Part shown: piece by piece, positions 1 through 9,490 of the stretch
How the letters are laid out: each line of letters opens with the position of its first letter
Numbering within the stretch: position 1 is the stretch's first letter
DNA from: an uncultured Rhodobacter sp.
Lineage (GTDB): Bacteria > Pseudomonadota > Alphaproteobacteria > Rhodobacterales > Rhodobacteraceae
NCBI GenBank assembly: GCA_965200115.1
Contig: OZ241336.1
Location: forward strand, 748,059 to 812,058
Direction: 5' to 3'
Length of the DNA stretch: 64,000 nucleotides
Made by a program: the position numbers and the translations under genes
The notes under the pieces: model-generated
Databases searched by the model: none
What the model saw: the letters and a program-made list of their open reading frames with translations, nothing else
Told to the model about the DNA's origin: nothing

Positions 1-660
1 TCAAGATACGCGACCGCGTCCGGATGCCGGTGCGCCCGGTTCCCTTCGTCCCGCGTCATGGCCCATGCTCCTGCCTTGCCTCTCAACGCGCACCGCCCGC
101 CGGTTCGTCCGGCAGTCACCCGGTGCGCGGCAGGGCAAGCGTAGCGGAAGCGAAGCGCAGCCGCCAACTAATATGGGATATACCCCGCCCGCATGATCCG
201 GGTGGGAGCCAGCCTGCCGGCGGGCCGGACGGGTGCCGATGGCCGTCCGTTCCGGGTTCCGGTTTTCCGCACTTCCCCATGGCCCATGCCGGAGCCATAT
301 CCGCCGGTCCGGAACTTAAGGTTCGCTGAAAAGCCCTGACGTTTCCCCGGCGCGTGACCGGTTTCCCCTTGGGACGCGGCCCGGTCACGGTCCACCCTTG
401 GTAAATCTCACGCACCTGACGGCGATTCCCGCGACACCTGACGGGGAATCCTGCGCACTTGACGGGTGAGGTCGTATCGGCCCCCATCTGACGCGCGCCG
501 ACCCCCAATTCCATGAAAGCCCGGTCTTCAGCCTCACGGGATTCGTTCCGCCGGCCGATGGGGCGCGCGGTTTCGGGACCCGGTTCCACCAACGCAGGCG
601 CGAACACCCCGCTCGGGAAATCGAACGGTGCGGCGGGTTCGCTACCGCTTCCGTCCGCCC

Positions 661-861
661 CCGAAGGCGGCGGTCGGGCGGACCCGGCGGCTCCCGCGCG
701 GGTGGGGACTGTCCATGTGACTGATACATAACGTTTTTCCCGAAAGCGCGTAATCGCGGATTATGACCCGTCCCGCCCGCGCCCGGAGACCGATTCGCGG
801 AGCGGTGGCGAGGTGCCACGGCCCGCGGGGGAGGTCCCAACGCAACAGTAGGAGAAACGTT
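661..861 (+). promoter_or_regulatory. Conserved porin upstream module, copy 1 (AT-rich promoter island, palindrome TAATCgcgGATTA at 751-763, structured leader, GGAG RBS)
   Basis: Near-identical to blocks at 7587-7853(-), 11205-11428(+) and 18816-19081(-). Shared string: TGATACATAACGTTTTTCCCGAAAGCGCGTAATCGCGGATTATGACCCGTCCC...CCCGGAGACCGATTCGCGG...CAACGCAACAGTAGGAGAAA just before the ATG. Confidence 0.6.
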
Positions 862-1839
862 ATGAAGAGACTACTTCTTGCCAGTTCCGCGCTCTGCCTG
901 GGCGCGGGAATGGCGGCGGCGCAGGACATGGAGATGTCCATGTCGTCCGTCACGGTCGGCGGCGACGGGCGCATGGGCGTCGTGTTCGACGACGACGAGA
1001 ACGCGAAATTCAGCAGCCGGGTGCGGGTCAGCTTCGCGCTGGCGGCGACGCTTGACGGCGGCATGACCGCCGGCGGCTCGATACGGGCCGACAACGCCCC
1101 GGGCGGCGCTGCCGGCACCGGGGGAAGCATCTTCCTTGAGGGACCGTTCGGCAAGCTGGCGATGGGCGACGTGGATCCGGGGGCGAAGGCCGCGCTCGGC
1201 AACGTGGACGCGGTCGGCTACAGCCTTCTGGACGAGCACAACAACCTCACCTACATCCGCGGCGGCGACCCGGACCCGACGCTGCTTTACACGCTGCCCA
1301 AGATGGGACCGGTGCAGGCGTACGCCTCCGTCAGCCAGGAGGCCATGGCCGACGGCGTGGAGACGGCCTACTCGCTGGACGAGACGGGAAAGCCCGTGCA
1401 GGCGGCCAAGACGAGGAACGAGGTCTCGTTCGACACGTTCTCGATCGGCGCGAAGGCCGACCTCTCGTTCGGCGACGTCGGCACCGCGTGGCTCGGCGCG
1501 GGCTTCGAGGGCGCGCCCGGCGACGGCGACGGCCACCTGATGGTCGGCGCGGGCGCGAGCGCCTCCGGCTTCACCGGCAAGCTGCTGGTCGGAACGCGGG
1601 ACGACAACAACCAGTACGCGGTCTCCGCGGGCTATTCCGCCGGGGTGATCGGCGCGACGGTCTTCTACGCCGACGACACGGAGATGGACGCCAAGGACAG
1701 CGCGGAGGCGCTCGGCGTCGGCCTTGAGTGGTCGATCGGCGGCGGCGCGGCGATCAAGGGCGGCGTCGTGAACAACATAGGCCAGAACGGGGCAGACGAC
1801 ACGCGCAAGGCCGACCTTGGCGTGACGTTCAGCTTCTGA
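862..1839 (+). CDS. Outer-membrane general porin (paralog 1)
   Basis: Internal ATG of ORF 763..1839, preceded by the GGAG RBS. Signal peptide MKRLLLASSALCLGAGMAAAQ. Gly/Asp-rich alternating beta pattern. C-terminal DLGVTFSF ending in Phe. Confidence 0.85.
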   Translation: MKRLLLASSALCLGAGMAAAQDMEMSMSSVTVGGDGRMGVVFDDDENAKFSSRVRVSFALAATLDGGMTAGGSIRADNAPGGAAGTGGSIFLEGPFGKLAMGDVDPGAKAALGNVDAVGYSLLDEHNNLTYIRGGDPDPTLLYTLPKMGPVQAYASVSQEAMADGVETAYSLDETGKPVQAAKTRNEVSFDTFSIGAKADLSFGDVGTAWLGAGFEGAPGDGDGHLMVGAGASASGFTGKLLVGTRDDNNQYAVSAGYSAGVIGATVFYADDTEMDAKDSAEALGVGLEWSIGGGAAIKGGVVNNIGQNGADDTRKADLGVTFSF

Positions 1840-1858
1840 GCAATTCAGGAAAGGAAAC

Positions 1859-3181
1859 ATGACGATGGAAAACAGACTTATACCCATCGCGCTGCTGGCG
1901 GGGGCGCTCGCGCTCGCGGGCTGCGGAGGCGGTGACGATTCCATGGAAGAGATGGAAGTGGATCCCCCGGTCGTTGAACCGGAACCCGAACCGGAGCCTG
2001 AACCGGAACCGGAACCCGAGCCTGAGCCTGAACCGGAAGTGAAAACTACGGACCTGCTTCCCAACGACGGAGTTCTGAGCGGTGGTCTAAGCGGAGCGAC
2101 CTTCACGGTTCCGAACGGAGGATATCTAAGGATCTCAGGCGTCTGGTATTCATGCACGGGTGGGGAGGCCTGCGTCGCATCCGTTCCCGCTGGCACGATC
2201 GTTAACAGAGTCTCCTATACCGGCGGAACGCTGGAAGTCTCTGCCACAGATCCCAGGCCAACGGACTCAAGTGCTGGAACCACGCCGCGGTCTGCCGAGT
2301 CAACAGACCCGTTGAGCAACGACGTTCTGGTCAAGGCGATAAGAGGCACTGGTAGGGTCGCCGCCGACAATACTGTTTGGAATTCAGGCACGGGTGCGGG
2401 AACCCGGATCACCGCAGATGGTTCGATGGTGGTTTTCACGCCCTTGGGAGGCGACAGAATCCATCTTCGGCTTGCCGCGAGCGGCGGAAGCAACGCCGCG
2501 TATTACGGGTATTGGGCGAAAAGCGGATCGGACATCACAGGCACTTCGCCCGCCGCCAGCTTGGCTGGAAGTACCGACCGCTCTGTCAGCGACGCCGGAA
2601 CCGTTTACGGCGGCGCGACGCCCTATGGAAAGAAGCCCGAAACTCGGCTCGGAACCGCTACGTATGACGGCACCGGAAATGTGCTGCTATACTTCAGCAC
2701 CGACGACTCGGACCATGACAACTGGAGACCTGGAGCGAGTCAAGCGGATCTCAATTTGACCGCCAATTTCACCAGCGGCAATGTCGGCGGAACGATCGAT
2801 ATCGATGATGAGCTCACCGGAATCACGAACCCAACGGGTTCCGGTGGCCAAATCGGCGCTGACAACGACATCCGTCTCGGGTCAACCCCGATAGGAATGG
2901 AAGGAACGTTCTCCGGAACGGATGTTACATTCGTCAATTCAAACGTCGACAGGGAGAACGGACGCTGGGAAGGCGGCTTCTTTGGCCAAACGACGCGAGT
3001 TGCCAATAACGTGCAAATGCACAACCATCCCGACAATGTCGCGGGCGAGTTCACAATCTCCAGACCGGAGATTCGCGCCAACACCCCTGACAGAACGTTG
3101 CTGCAGAACGAACTGCATATACGCGGGGCGTTCACGGGAGGGGCATGCATGACTGGCACTCCAGCGGCAGCCTGCCCCTGA
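1859..3181 (+). CDS. Long lipoprotein with (EP)n linker and TbpB/fHbp-like C-terminal beta-barrel domain
   Basis: Lipobox LALAGC followed by GGG. C-terminal motifs GTATYDGTG, ADLNLTANFTSGNVGGTIDID, WEGGFFGQ, VAGEFTI, IRGAFTGG. Starts 19 nt after the porin stop. Confidence 0.8.
   Translation: MTMENRLIPIALLAGALALAGCGGGDDSMEEMEVDPPVVEPEPEPEPEPEPEPEPEPEPEVKTTDLLPNDGVLSGGLSGATFTVPNGGYLRISGVWYSCTGGEACVASVPAGTIVNRVSYTGGTLEVSATDPRPTDSSAGTTPRSAESTDPLSNDVLVKAIRGTGRVAADNTVWNSGTGAGTRITADGSMVVFTPLGGDRIHLRLAASGGSNAAYYGYWAKSGSDITGTSPAASLAGSTDRSVSDAGTVYGGATPYGKKPETRLGTATYDGTGNVLLYFSTDDSDHDNWRPGASQADLNLTANFTSGNVGGTIDIDDELTGITNPTGSGGQIGADNDIRLGSTPIGMEGTFSGTDVTFVNSNVDRENGRWEGGFFGQTTRVANNVQMHNHPDNVAGEFTISRPEIRANTPDRTLLQNELHIRGAFTGGACMTGTPAAACP
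1976..2038 (+). repeat. Hexanucleotide (GAACCG-like) tandem repeat, about 10.5 units, encoding (Glu-Pro)n
   Basis: Direct reading of gaaccggaacccgaaccggagcctgaaccggaaccggaacccgagcctgagcctgaaccggaa. In frame within CDS 1859..3181. Confidence 0.9.
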
Positions 3182-3207
3182 TTCTCATGACCTAACCCAA
3201 GCCACGA

Positions 3208-3233
3208 CCCCCGGCGGCGCGTTTCGCCGGGGG
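3208..3233 (+). terminator. GC-rich hairpin after the long lipoprotein (CCCCCGGCG-8nt-CGCCGGGGG)
   Basis: Perfect 9-bp arms 27 nt after the stop. The same hairpin sequence recurs at 14068-14092. No clear U-tract here. Confidence 0.5.
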
Positions 3234-3336
3234 TAACTCCAAAGGGGCGAGAGCGATGCCCGCCCGGCGGCCATGGGTCCGGCGCGGCGGCACGCTCCGC
3301 CCGCAACCCTTTTCCAGAGAACATGAAGGTGGAACG

Positions 3337-4356
3337 ATGAAAGCGAATAATCCAGCGAAACGCATGGGAACGGCCATGGCCGCGCTCGCGGCAACCGCTG
3401 CGCTCACCGCCTGCGGCGGCGGCGGGGGCGGAACCCCGCCCGACCCGCAGCACTTCCAGGGCAAGAATGATAGCTTGGTGAACCGGATTTCGGGCGCGGC
3501 GACCTCTGAGGAGGCCATCGCCCTCACCGCGATGACCGTCGGGGTGGACTACGCCGACGGGGGAGCGACACTGGCGGACCCGGAGGAGATCAGCGTGAGG
3601 ATATTCCGCACCGCCCCGGACGCGGTGCCGACCGTCGAGCTGACGCGGGGCGACGACGTCAGGACGTTCGGCCCCGCCCACGCCTCCGGGAGGGACAACT
3701 ACCGCGTTCCCCCGTCGGGCGAGGGCGCTCAGGACAGAAGTAACCTGTGGACGTGGGCGGGTTATCCAATCGACCACGCTAACGGATGGTACGTCAGCAG
3801 CGACGGAGAGCGCAAATCGCAGAGACGGAAGCACCTCATTCCCATCGGCTTCTACCAGGACACCGAAACCGTTGACGTCGAGCGCCGCGCCGTCATCGGC
3901 CTGCGGACCCCGCCCGGCGGCATGCCGACGCACGACGTCACCGCGTCCTACGTGGGGGAGGTCCGGGTTGACACGTGGGCGGTCGGGGACGGCGGGGATC
4001 AACGCCGGTGGGACAGCGAGATTCTCCTTGAGGCCGACTTCGCCGGCGGCACGGTTTCCGGCACCCTGGACAGGTGGGAGCTACAGGATTTCGAACTGGA
4101 GGACGGCACTGTGGTCGACCTGCTGTATGAAGGCACCGCCTACCTGGTTCCGGAAACCCCGATCACCGGCAACGGCTTCAGCGGAAGTCTGGTCGCGGCC
4201 CCGGGCTGCGAGGACTGCTTCGAACTCACGTCCTCCGCCATTGAGGGCGGCTTCTACGGCCCCTACGCGGAGGAGGCCGGGGGAACGCTACAGGGCGGGT
4301 TCACCCTCGACGGCTCCGACCACGTCATGAACGGAATCTTCTACGCGAACCGCTGA
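3337..4356 (+). CDS. Short lipoprotein with TbpB/fHbp-like C-terminal beta-barrel domain
   Basis: Internal ATG of ORF 3256..4356 with a GAAGGTGGA RBS. Lipobox LTAC followed by GGGGGG. C-terminus EGGFYGPYAEEAGGTLQGGF...GIFYANR. Confidence 0.8.
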   Translation: MKANNPAKRMGTAMAALAATAALTACGGGGGGTPPDPQHFQGKNDSLVNRISGAATSEEAIALTAMTVGVDYADGGATLADPEEISVRIFRTAPDAVPTVELTRGDDVRTFGPAHASGRDNYRVPPSGEGAQDRSNLWTWAGYPIDHANGWYVSSDGERKSQRRKHLIPIGFYQDTETVDVERRAVIGLRTPPGGMPTHDVTASYVGEVRVDTWAVGDGGDQRRWDSEILLEADFAGGTVSGTLDRWELQDFELEDGTVVDLLYEGTAYLVPETPITGNGFSGSLVAAPGCEDCFELTSSAIEGGFYGPYAEEAGGTLQGGFTLDGSDHVMNGIFYANR

Positions 4357-4386
4357 CGGACCTTCGTTCCTGACGGACACGGAAAA

Positions 4387-4411
4387 CCCCGGCGACTTCC
4401 CGTCGCCGGGG
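4387..4411 (+). terminator. Intrinsic-type terminator hairpin (CCCCGGCGAC-5nt-GTCGCCGGGG, then CTTTC)
   Basis: Perfect 10-bp arms 30 nt after the stop at 4356. Confidence 0.6.
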
Positions 4412-4444
4412 CTTTCAAGTGCCCAGGCCACGATCTCCGGTCGA

Positions 4445-5117
4445 TCAGGGACGTTCCGCCCCGAACGCGCCGGCGACGCCTCCCCGCTCAAACACGCCAC
4501 CGGCCTCCCCGGCGTCGCGCCCGTGGAACCCGCCCCTGATGCAGTCGTCAGGGCGAAGCCTCTCCGAGAACCCGCCGCCGTCGATGGGCAGGCGTTCCCA
4601 GCGCATCGCCGCCCGCGCACGCGGAGTCAGGGTCACGTCGGCGAGCGGGGTCGGTGAGGTCGGCCACCGTGATCTCCGCTCCCCCGCGCACGGCGTGGCT
4701 GTCGCCGTCCGGGCCGACCATGTCCCCGCGCCAGTTTGCGGAACCCATCGCGGGCAGGCTGCCGGAATGAACGACGCCGCCAGCGGCCGCGCAGCGGGCG
4801 GTGATGCCGTCAACCCGGCCATAGACGGCGAACGCCGCCATGTCGCTCCAGTCACCCAGCGTGTTGCAAACCGTTCCCGACACGCCGTCGGCGTCATCCC
4901 CATCGATCTGGAAACCGACGGTCCGCCCGCAAACTGTCAGTTCGCGGGAACCGCCGGGGGTGCATGAGACGCTAGAAGCGCGCGCCGGCGGTCCGTTCGC
5001 GAGGCGGAAGCGCACGTCGCCGAGGGTTATGGAGCTAGCGTCAATGCCGGCGAGGAGAACTATGAGCGGGACGGCCGGCGCTCCCGTTCCGCGCGGGAAT
5101 TTCCCCAACGCTGCCAT
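4445..5117 (-). pseudogene. Decayed short TbpB-like lipoprotein (frameshifted, no lipobox)
   Basis: The N-part is in frame of ORF 4548..5117 (LGDWSDMAAFAVYG, ANWRGDMVG...GGAEITVADL). The C-part is in frame of ORF 4445..4903 (LADVTLTP...GGFHGRDAGEAGGVFERGGVAGAFGAERP). The frame switch lies near 4640-4680. The N-terminus lacks a Cys lipobox. Homologous to 14621..15556. Confidence 0.55.
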
Positions 5118-5176
5118 CGTCGGTCGCTCCCCGTGTCCGGTCGATCAAAGGGGGCGGCCCGTAGACCGCCCCCGAC

Positions 5177-5196
5177 GCGCCCGCCGGAACGGACGC
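5177..5196 (-). terminator. Conserved 3' hairpin after the long lipoprotein (8-bp stem, UCCG loop on the minus-strand RNA)
   Basis: The block 5159-5205 is near-identical to 16122-16168. The mismatches become G-U wobbles only on the minus (sense) strand. Confidence 0.45.
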
Positions 5197-5215
5197 GGTG
5201 TCTGTCGTTGGCCAT

Positions 5216-6607
5216 TCAGTCGTCGTCAAGTTCCGCGCCGAACGCGCCCGCGAGCCGCGAGTCGTCGTTGTGGACCTGGAACATGCCGCCCAGCGCCTTG
5301 GGGACGTCGGCTGAGCTGTCGGCGGTGTTAACCCCGCCATATCCGCGCACGAAATACCCGCCGTCATCGGCGATCTTATCGTCCCCGTCATGCCAGCTTA
5401 TGTTGCCGTCACCGGCGCCAAAGGGATTTGCGAGAGCGGCACCCGCGATGGCCTGTTCGTCGAGCTTGACTTCCCAGCCGGGCTTCGCCTTGCCGTCGAC
5501 CTGAAAGCCGTTGACCGTCCCGCTCACCATAGAATCCGTGTAGGTGTCCGAATCGAATTCGGCGGTCAGTTCAACGGAGGCCGTGAAGGCCCCGTGATCG
5601 CTTGAATCGTCGCTGTGGCTTGCGTACTGCCCTGCCGCGCCGCCCCTGTAGGTGGCCGTGTCCGCGGGTGAAGCGGTCCGGAGCGTATAGCCCTTTCCAG
5701 AGTCGTCGGTTCCGGGGCGGCCGTTTAGGTGTAGCGTGAAGTGCTCCAGATCCCCATCCTCGCTTTCCGTGATCCACCATCCGAACCGGAGGCTGTCGTC
5801 GGTAACGTCAGCGGTGATTTTGGCGTCCTTCCCGGCGCTTGGCGCGAAGTGCCATTGGCTTGCGATTAACGTAGTCGCTCCGGTGCTTCTGTTTTTGACC
5901 ACCGTGCAACCGTCTGGCAACACGCAGATGTACCGTCCCGACAGGCCGTAAAACTCGCCCGTCACGGAAGCGCCTACGGTGTGGGAGGTTCGGCCGTTGC
6001 CAAAGCCGGTTACTTTGTCACCGTCCGGAATCGCGTTGATGTTTATCCGATTGGTGTCGCCTCCGACCCAGACTCCGGCATAAAGGTCGGGCGCGTCACC
6101 GCCCGTATCCGCCGTGACGGGCTCTTCCTTCTCGGTCTTCCCGATGGCGAAGATCACGCCGCTTTGCGTTTCGGTACCAGCTTTTCCGCTGTACTCGTAA
6201 CCGTCTATGGTTCCGGCCTTCAGGGGATCGCCCTTGTCCGTCAGATTGCCAAACGAGGTTGACCCTGGATCCCGTATAACGCCGGCTCCTGCAGGCGCGC
6301 CATCAAAGATGTCACTGTCATCGGTGCCGGCACCGTCTTTCCCAAGGTTTCCGAGCGCGGCCACAAGCGCCTCGGCCCTCTTGGCCTTCGCCGTGTTCTT
6401 CGAGGCGTTTTCCTCGCCCTCCTTCACCCCGGCTTCCTTGATTTGATCGGCGGTCATGCACGAGCCGTTGTACTCAATTTCGCCTTCGTCGCAGCCCTCG
6501 CCGCCCGGATCCTTCTTCATAGGGCCGTCACTTCCCCCGCCGCAGCCGGCCAGGGCGAGCGCGCCCGCCAGCGCGAGCGCTGGCATCAATAGTCTGGATA
6601 TTCTCAT
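5216..6607 (-). CDS. Long lipoprotein with TbpB/fHbp-like C-terminal beta-barrel domain
   Basis: MRISRLLMPALALAGALALAGCGGGSDG lipobox. C-terminal ATYRGGAAGQYA, FTASVELTAEFD, SGTVNGFQVDG, LGGMFQV, LAGAFGAE. Confidence 0.85.
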   Translation of the reverse strand: MRISRLLMPALALAGALALAGCGGGSDGPMKKDPGGEGCDEGEIEYNGSCMTADQIKEAGVKEGEENASKNTAKAKRAEALVAALGNLGKDGAGTDDSDIFDGAPAGAGVIRDPGSTSFGNLTDKGDPLKAGTIDGYEYSGKAGTETQSGVIFAIGKTEKEEPVTADTGGDAPDLYAGVWVGGDTNRININAIPDGDKVTGFGNGRTSHTVGASVTGEFYGLSGRYICVLPDGCTVVKNRSTGATTLIASQWHFAPSAGKDAKITADVTDDSLRFGWWITESEDGDLEHFTLHLNGRPGTDDSGKGYTLRTASPADTATYRGGAAGQYASHSDDSSDHGAFTASVELTAEFDSDTYTDSMVSGTVNGFQVDGKAKPGWEVKLDEQAIAGAALANPFGAGDGNISWHDGDDKIADDGGYFVRGYGGVNTADSSADVPKALGGMFQVHNDDSRLAGAFGAELDDD

Positions 6608-6632
6608 ATCTGGTTTCCTTTTCCCGTATGGA

Positions 6633-7586
6633 TCAGAACGCGAACGTCACGCCGAGGTCGGCCCGGCGGTCGCTTTCAACGCCTTCCGCGTCAAAGCTCT
6701 CGGTGGTGATGCCGGCCTTGAGGGAGGCTCCGCCGCCCAGCCCGAAGCTGACGCCCGCGCCGAACGCCTCGCTGACGTCAGAATTGTCATTGAAGAAGAC
6801 GTTCGCGCCCATTCCTCCGGCCGAGTAGCCGAGGGAAACGCCGAAGCGCTCAACGTCCTCGCCCTCGTCCATGCCCTGGCTGCTGCCGACGATCTTGGCC
6901 GTGAAGCCGACGGCGGACACTCCCGCGCCGATCGCGAGCTGGCCGTCCTCGCCCTCGCTGACCGAGCTTTCGTAGCCCGCGGCGACCCAAGCCGTGCCTT
7001 CCCCGATGGTGAGGTCGGCCTTCGCGCCGAGCGCGGCCGTGTCGGCGGCGATCTCCTTCCCGTCCTCGTCGTCCGGGTCGTCATGCTGCCCGAGGGAAAC
7101 GTACGCCTGAACCATGCCCATCTTCGGCAGGGTGTACAGAAGCATCGGGTCCTCCGGATCCGTTCCCCGGATGTACGCGATTTCGTTCGGGTCCCCCAGG
7201 CCGGTGAAGCCCGCTCCGTCAACCTGACCGACCGCGGCCTTCGCGGCTGAGTCAAGCGACCCCATCGCGAGTTTCCCGAACGGACCGGAAAGGGCGATAT
7301 GCCCCTTCGTGCCTGAACTGGCTTTCACCGCTTCATGGGCCCAGAACTCGCCGGACATGGAAAGCCCGCTGTCCAGTTCCTTGGCGACCGAGACCTTCAG
7401 CCGAACGCGGCTGCTGAACCTGATTCCGTCCGGATTGTCCGCGCCGGAATTGTCGTGTGACGTGATCCCCATGCGGGCGTCACCGCTCAGGCTTATCGGC
7501 GACGCCATTTCCATCATGCCGTCCTGCGCGAACGCCACCCCGGCGCTCATTCCCAGCGCTGTGCTGGCAAGAAGTACTCTCTTCAT
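6633..7586 (-). CDS. Outer-membrane general porin (paralog 2)
   Basis: MKRVLLASTALGMSAGVAFAQ signal peptide. C-terminal DLGVTFAF. Conserved leader upstream. Confidence 0.85.
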   Translation of the reverse strand: MKRVLLASTALGMSAGVAFAQDGMMEMASPISLSGDARMGITSHDNSGADNPDGIRFSSRVRLKVSVAKELDSGLSMSGEFWAHEAVKASSGTKGHIALSGPFGKLAMGSLDSAAKAAVGQVDGAGFTGLGDPNEIAYIRGTDPEDPMLLYTLPKMGMVQAYVSLGQHDDPDDEDGKEIAADTAALGAKADLTIGEGTAWVAAGYESSVSEGEDGQLAIGAGVSAVGFTAKIVGSSQGMDEGEDVERFGVSLGYSAGGMGANVFFNDNSDVSEAFGAGVSFGLGGGASLKAGITTESFDAEGVESDRRADLGVTFAF

Positions 7587-7853
7587 AACGTTTCTCCTAC
7601 TGTTGCGTTGTGACCTTCTCCGCGGGCCGGGACGCCATGCGTCCGCCCCCGCGAATCGGTCTCCGGGCGCGGGCGGGACGGGTCATAATCCGCGATTACG
7701 CGCTTTCGGGAAAAACGTTATGTATCAGTCACATGGACGTTCCCTGACCGCGCCGGAGCCGGCGGGGCCGCCCGCTCCGGCGCCGGCGGACCCGCCATCC
7801 GGCGCGGTCCGGGCGGGACAGATCGACACGTCTGCCCGACCGCCGCTTTCGGG
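7587..7853 (-). promoter_or_regulatory. Conserved porin upstream module, copy 2 (palindrome at 7686-7698)
   Basis: Reverse complement aligns base-for-base with copies 1, 3 and 4, including the distal block CCGAAAGCGGCGG..GTGTCGATCTGTCCCGCC. Confidence 0.6.
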
Positions 7854-7989
7854 GGCGGGCGGCCAGCCCGCGTTGGTGGCTTTGGCTTCCCCCTCGCAGC
7901 GCGGGATCTCCCGGCGGACGCTCGAACGTCAGTGCGGGACCGATGCGGCGCACCCCGGCGCCATCCTCGCCGTTCCCGGCCGGGCGGCG

Positions 7990-8160
7990 AGCGCCGTGAT
8001 CTGCTCGGAAAACCGAGGCGGACTGCACCAGCCGGTCGAGATCGCCCGTCTTCCGGAGATGGCCGAGGCGGCCTAGCGTGTCAGTGGCGCGCTGGCGGAC
8101 TTTCTTGCCGTCGCGGCGGTTACCGACGATCTGGAGGTAAGTGTTGGACCCACTGGCCTT
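7990..8160 (-). pseudogene. N-terminal fragment of an IS1634/IS4-family transposase
   Basis: Within ORF 7729..8226: SNTYLQIVGNRRDGKKVRQRATDTLGRLGHLRKTGDLDRLVQS. This resembles the Y-L-Q-x-V...GKVRQR...LGRL N-terminus of that family as I recall it. No DDE domain follows. Confidence 0.45.
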
Positions 8161-8401
8161 GGTGGCACAGCATGGGTTTCTCCATAAGGACACCACATAT
8201 CCCGCGCCCGTTCTACGCCAATGCAAACCCCGGTGCCGACTATACCGATATTCCTACCCCATTCGTGGCGCTACATATTTTGCTGCCCGACCAGCACCAG
8301 CCCGTGCCAAAGTCACGAAATGCATGGGAATCATCAAACGCCAATCGCGAAATCGGCGACCAAACTGTCGAAGATGAGCCAGACATAGGGCGCGGGATGT
8401 T

Positions 8402-9490
8402 TCAGTACCTTGCCGCACCGTTGAAGAGTTTAACTTCCCGCTTGCCCACGTCGGCCTTTGGAAAGCGAATGCGAACATGGCCGCAACGATAGACCGAACT
8501 CGCAATCTCGAGTCTCGACGTACGGATTTGTTTGGTTACCGCCTGAGGGTAGCGTCTCTTCAGGGCCTGCGGCTTCTCGGCAGTTATATACGCTTCTTTC
8601 GAAAGCCCTGAAATCCGTGCTTTGTCCGTTTGCGTGGGTAGTCTTTTCCCGGCCAAACCCCACGGAGTGACTACCGAGATAACGTCTTCGGCCAGCAGTT
8701 CAGACCATACCCTGCAATGATGAGCGCCCTCCGAGCCGTGATGGGGAATTTTGATTACGGACGACTTTGGCCCCTTTCCACTGCGGTTGTGGATCACCGC
8801 CGCCCAGCCAAGGTCCGGGTCGTGGCGATACTCAAGATCCGCGCCGAGCAATACAGACAGGTCACCGACTTCAAGCACTGAAGCTATCGAAAGGTCGTTT
8901 TTCCCGGCCGTGAGTCTCTTTTTCGCCTTGAGGGGAAGCGCTTGGAACTCGGCTCCTATCATTCGGAGGAACAGGTCGAACTGCTTGCTGGATGGCGAGA
9001 GGGCCAGCAGGCGAGTCGCGCGACCGTGGGCAAGAGTGGCGGCCGGCCAATCGGCAATGAGTGTATCCTCGAGAAGTCGCTTGGTCTTTCTGCCAGACGC
9101 ATTCATCAGCCTGATGCATTCCAGCATCTCCGTCCCGCCGCGGTCCAGCTTCGTTGGTTGGTTGTCATGAGCCGCGAGAAATGCGAGAAACTCGCCTTTC
9201 GTCAGCGCCGCCGAGTGCCAAAAGTCGGCGGCAGCGCATGCGCGCAAAACCGTGCTCAGACCCTTTATGTGATCGTCATGCCAGTGCGTCGCGACGACCG
9301 CGCAAACATCGGTGGAGGCGTCAAGGCCCAGATCCGACATGTATTTCAATGGGGCCGGCGTCCGTCGGTCATCCGCCAGACAGGAGTCGATCACTATCCA
9401 CCGCCTCGACCCGACATGAACCAGAATAGACTCACCGTAGCCCGGACCGAAGACGCTGATCTCGACCTCATCATCTCGAGGGGGTGTCAT
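8402..9490 (-). CDS. Stand-alone MBL-fold metallo-hydrolase, ComEC/Rec2-type (candidate nuclease)
   Basis: The internal ATG at 9490 overlaps the upstream gene by 20 nt. Motifs HWHDDHIKG (HxHxDH) and IKIPHHGS. No TM segments. GC is visibly lower than the flanks. Confidence 0.75.
   Translation of the reverse strand: MTPPRDDEVEISVFGPGYGESILVHVGSRRWIVIDSCLADDRRTPAPLKYMSDLGLDASTDVCAVVATHWHDDHIKGLSTVLRACAAADFWHSAALTKGEFLAFLAAHDNQPTKLDRGGTEMLECIRLMNASGRKTKRLLEDTLIADWPAATLAHGRATRLLALSPSSKQFDLFLRMIGAEFQALPLKAKKRLTAGKNDLSIASVLEVGDLSVLLGADLEYRHDPDLGWAAVIHNRSGKGPKSSVIKIPHHGSEGAHHCRVWSELLAEDVISVVTPWGLAGKRLPTQTDKARISGLSKEAYITAEKPQALKRRYPQAVTKQIRTSRLEIASSVYRCGHVRIRFPKADVGKREVKLFNGAARY

Noticed and set aside
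1-660. Overlapping ORFs of 72-163 aa on both strands
   Set aside because: They overlap one another, are Arg/Pro/Gly-rich, and have no RBS or motifs. The region is treated as non-coding (see the phased-repeat finding).
871-2196. 441-aa minus-strand ORF with a (GS)n run
   Set aside because: It is antisense to the porin and lipoprotein genes. The GSGSGS stretch is just the mirror of the (EP)n hexanucleotide repeat. The Arg/Ala/Gly-rich composition is typical of GC-driven antisense ORFs.
2740-4002. 420-aa minus-strand ORF
   Set aside because: It spans the terminator and intergenic region between two well-supported plus-strand lipoprotein genes. There is no motif, signal or RBS.
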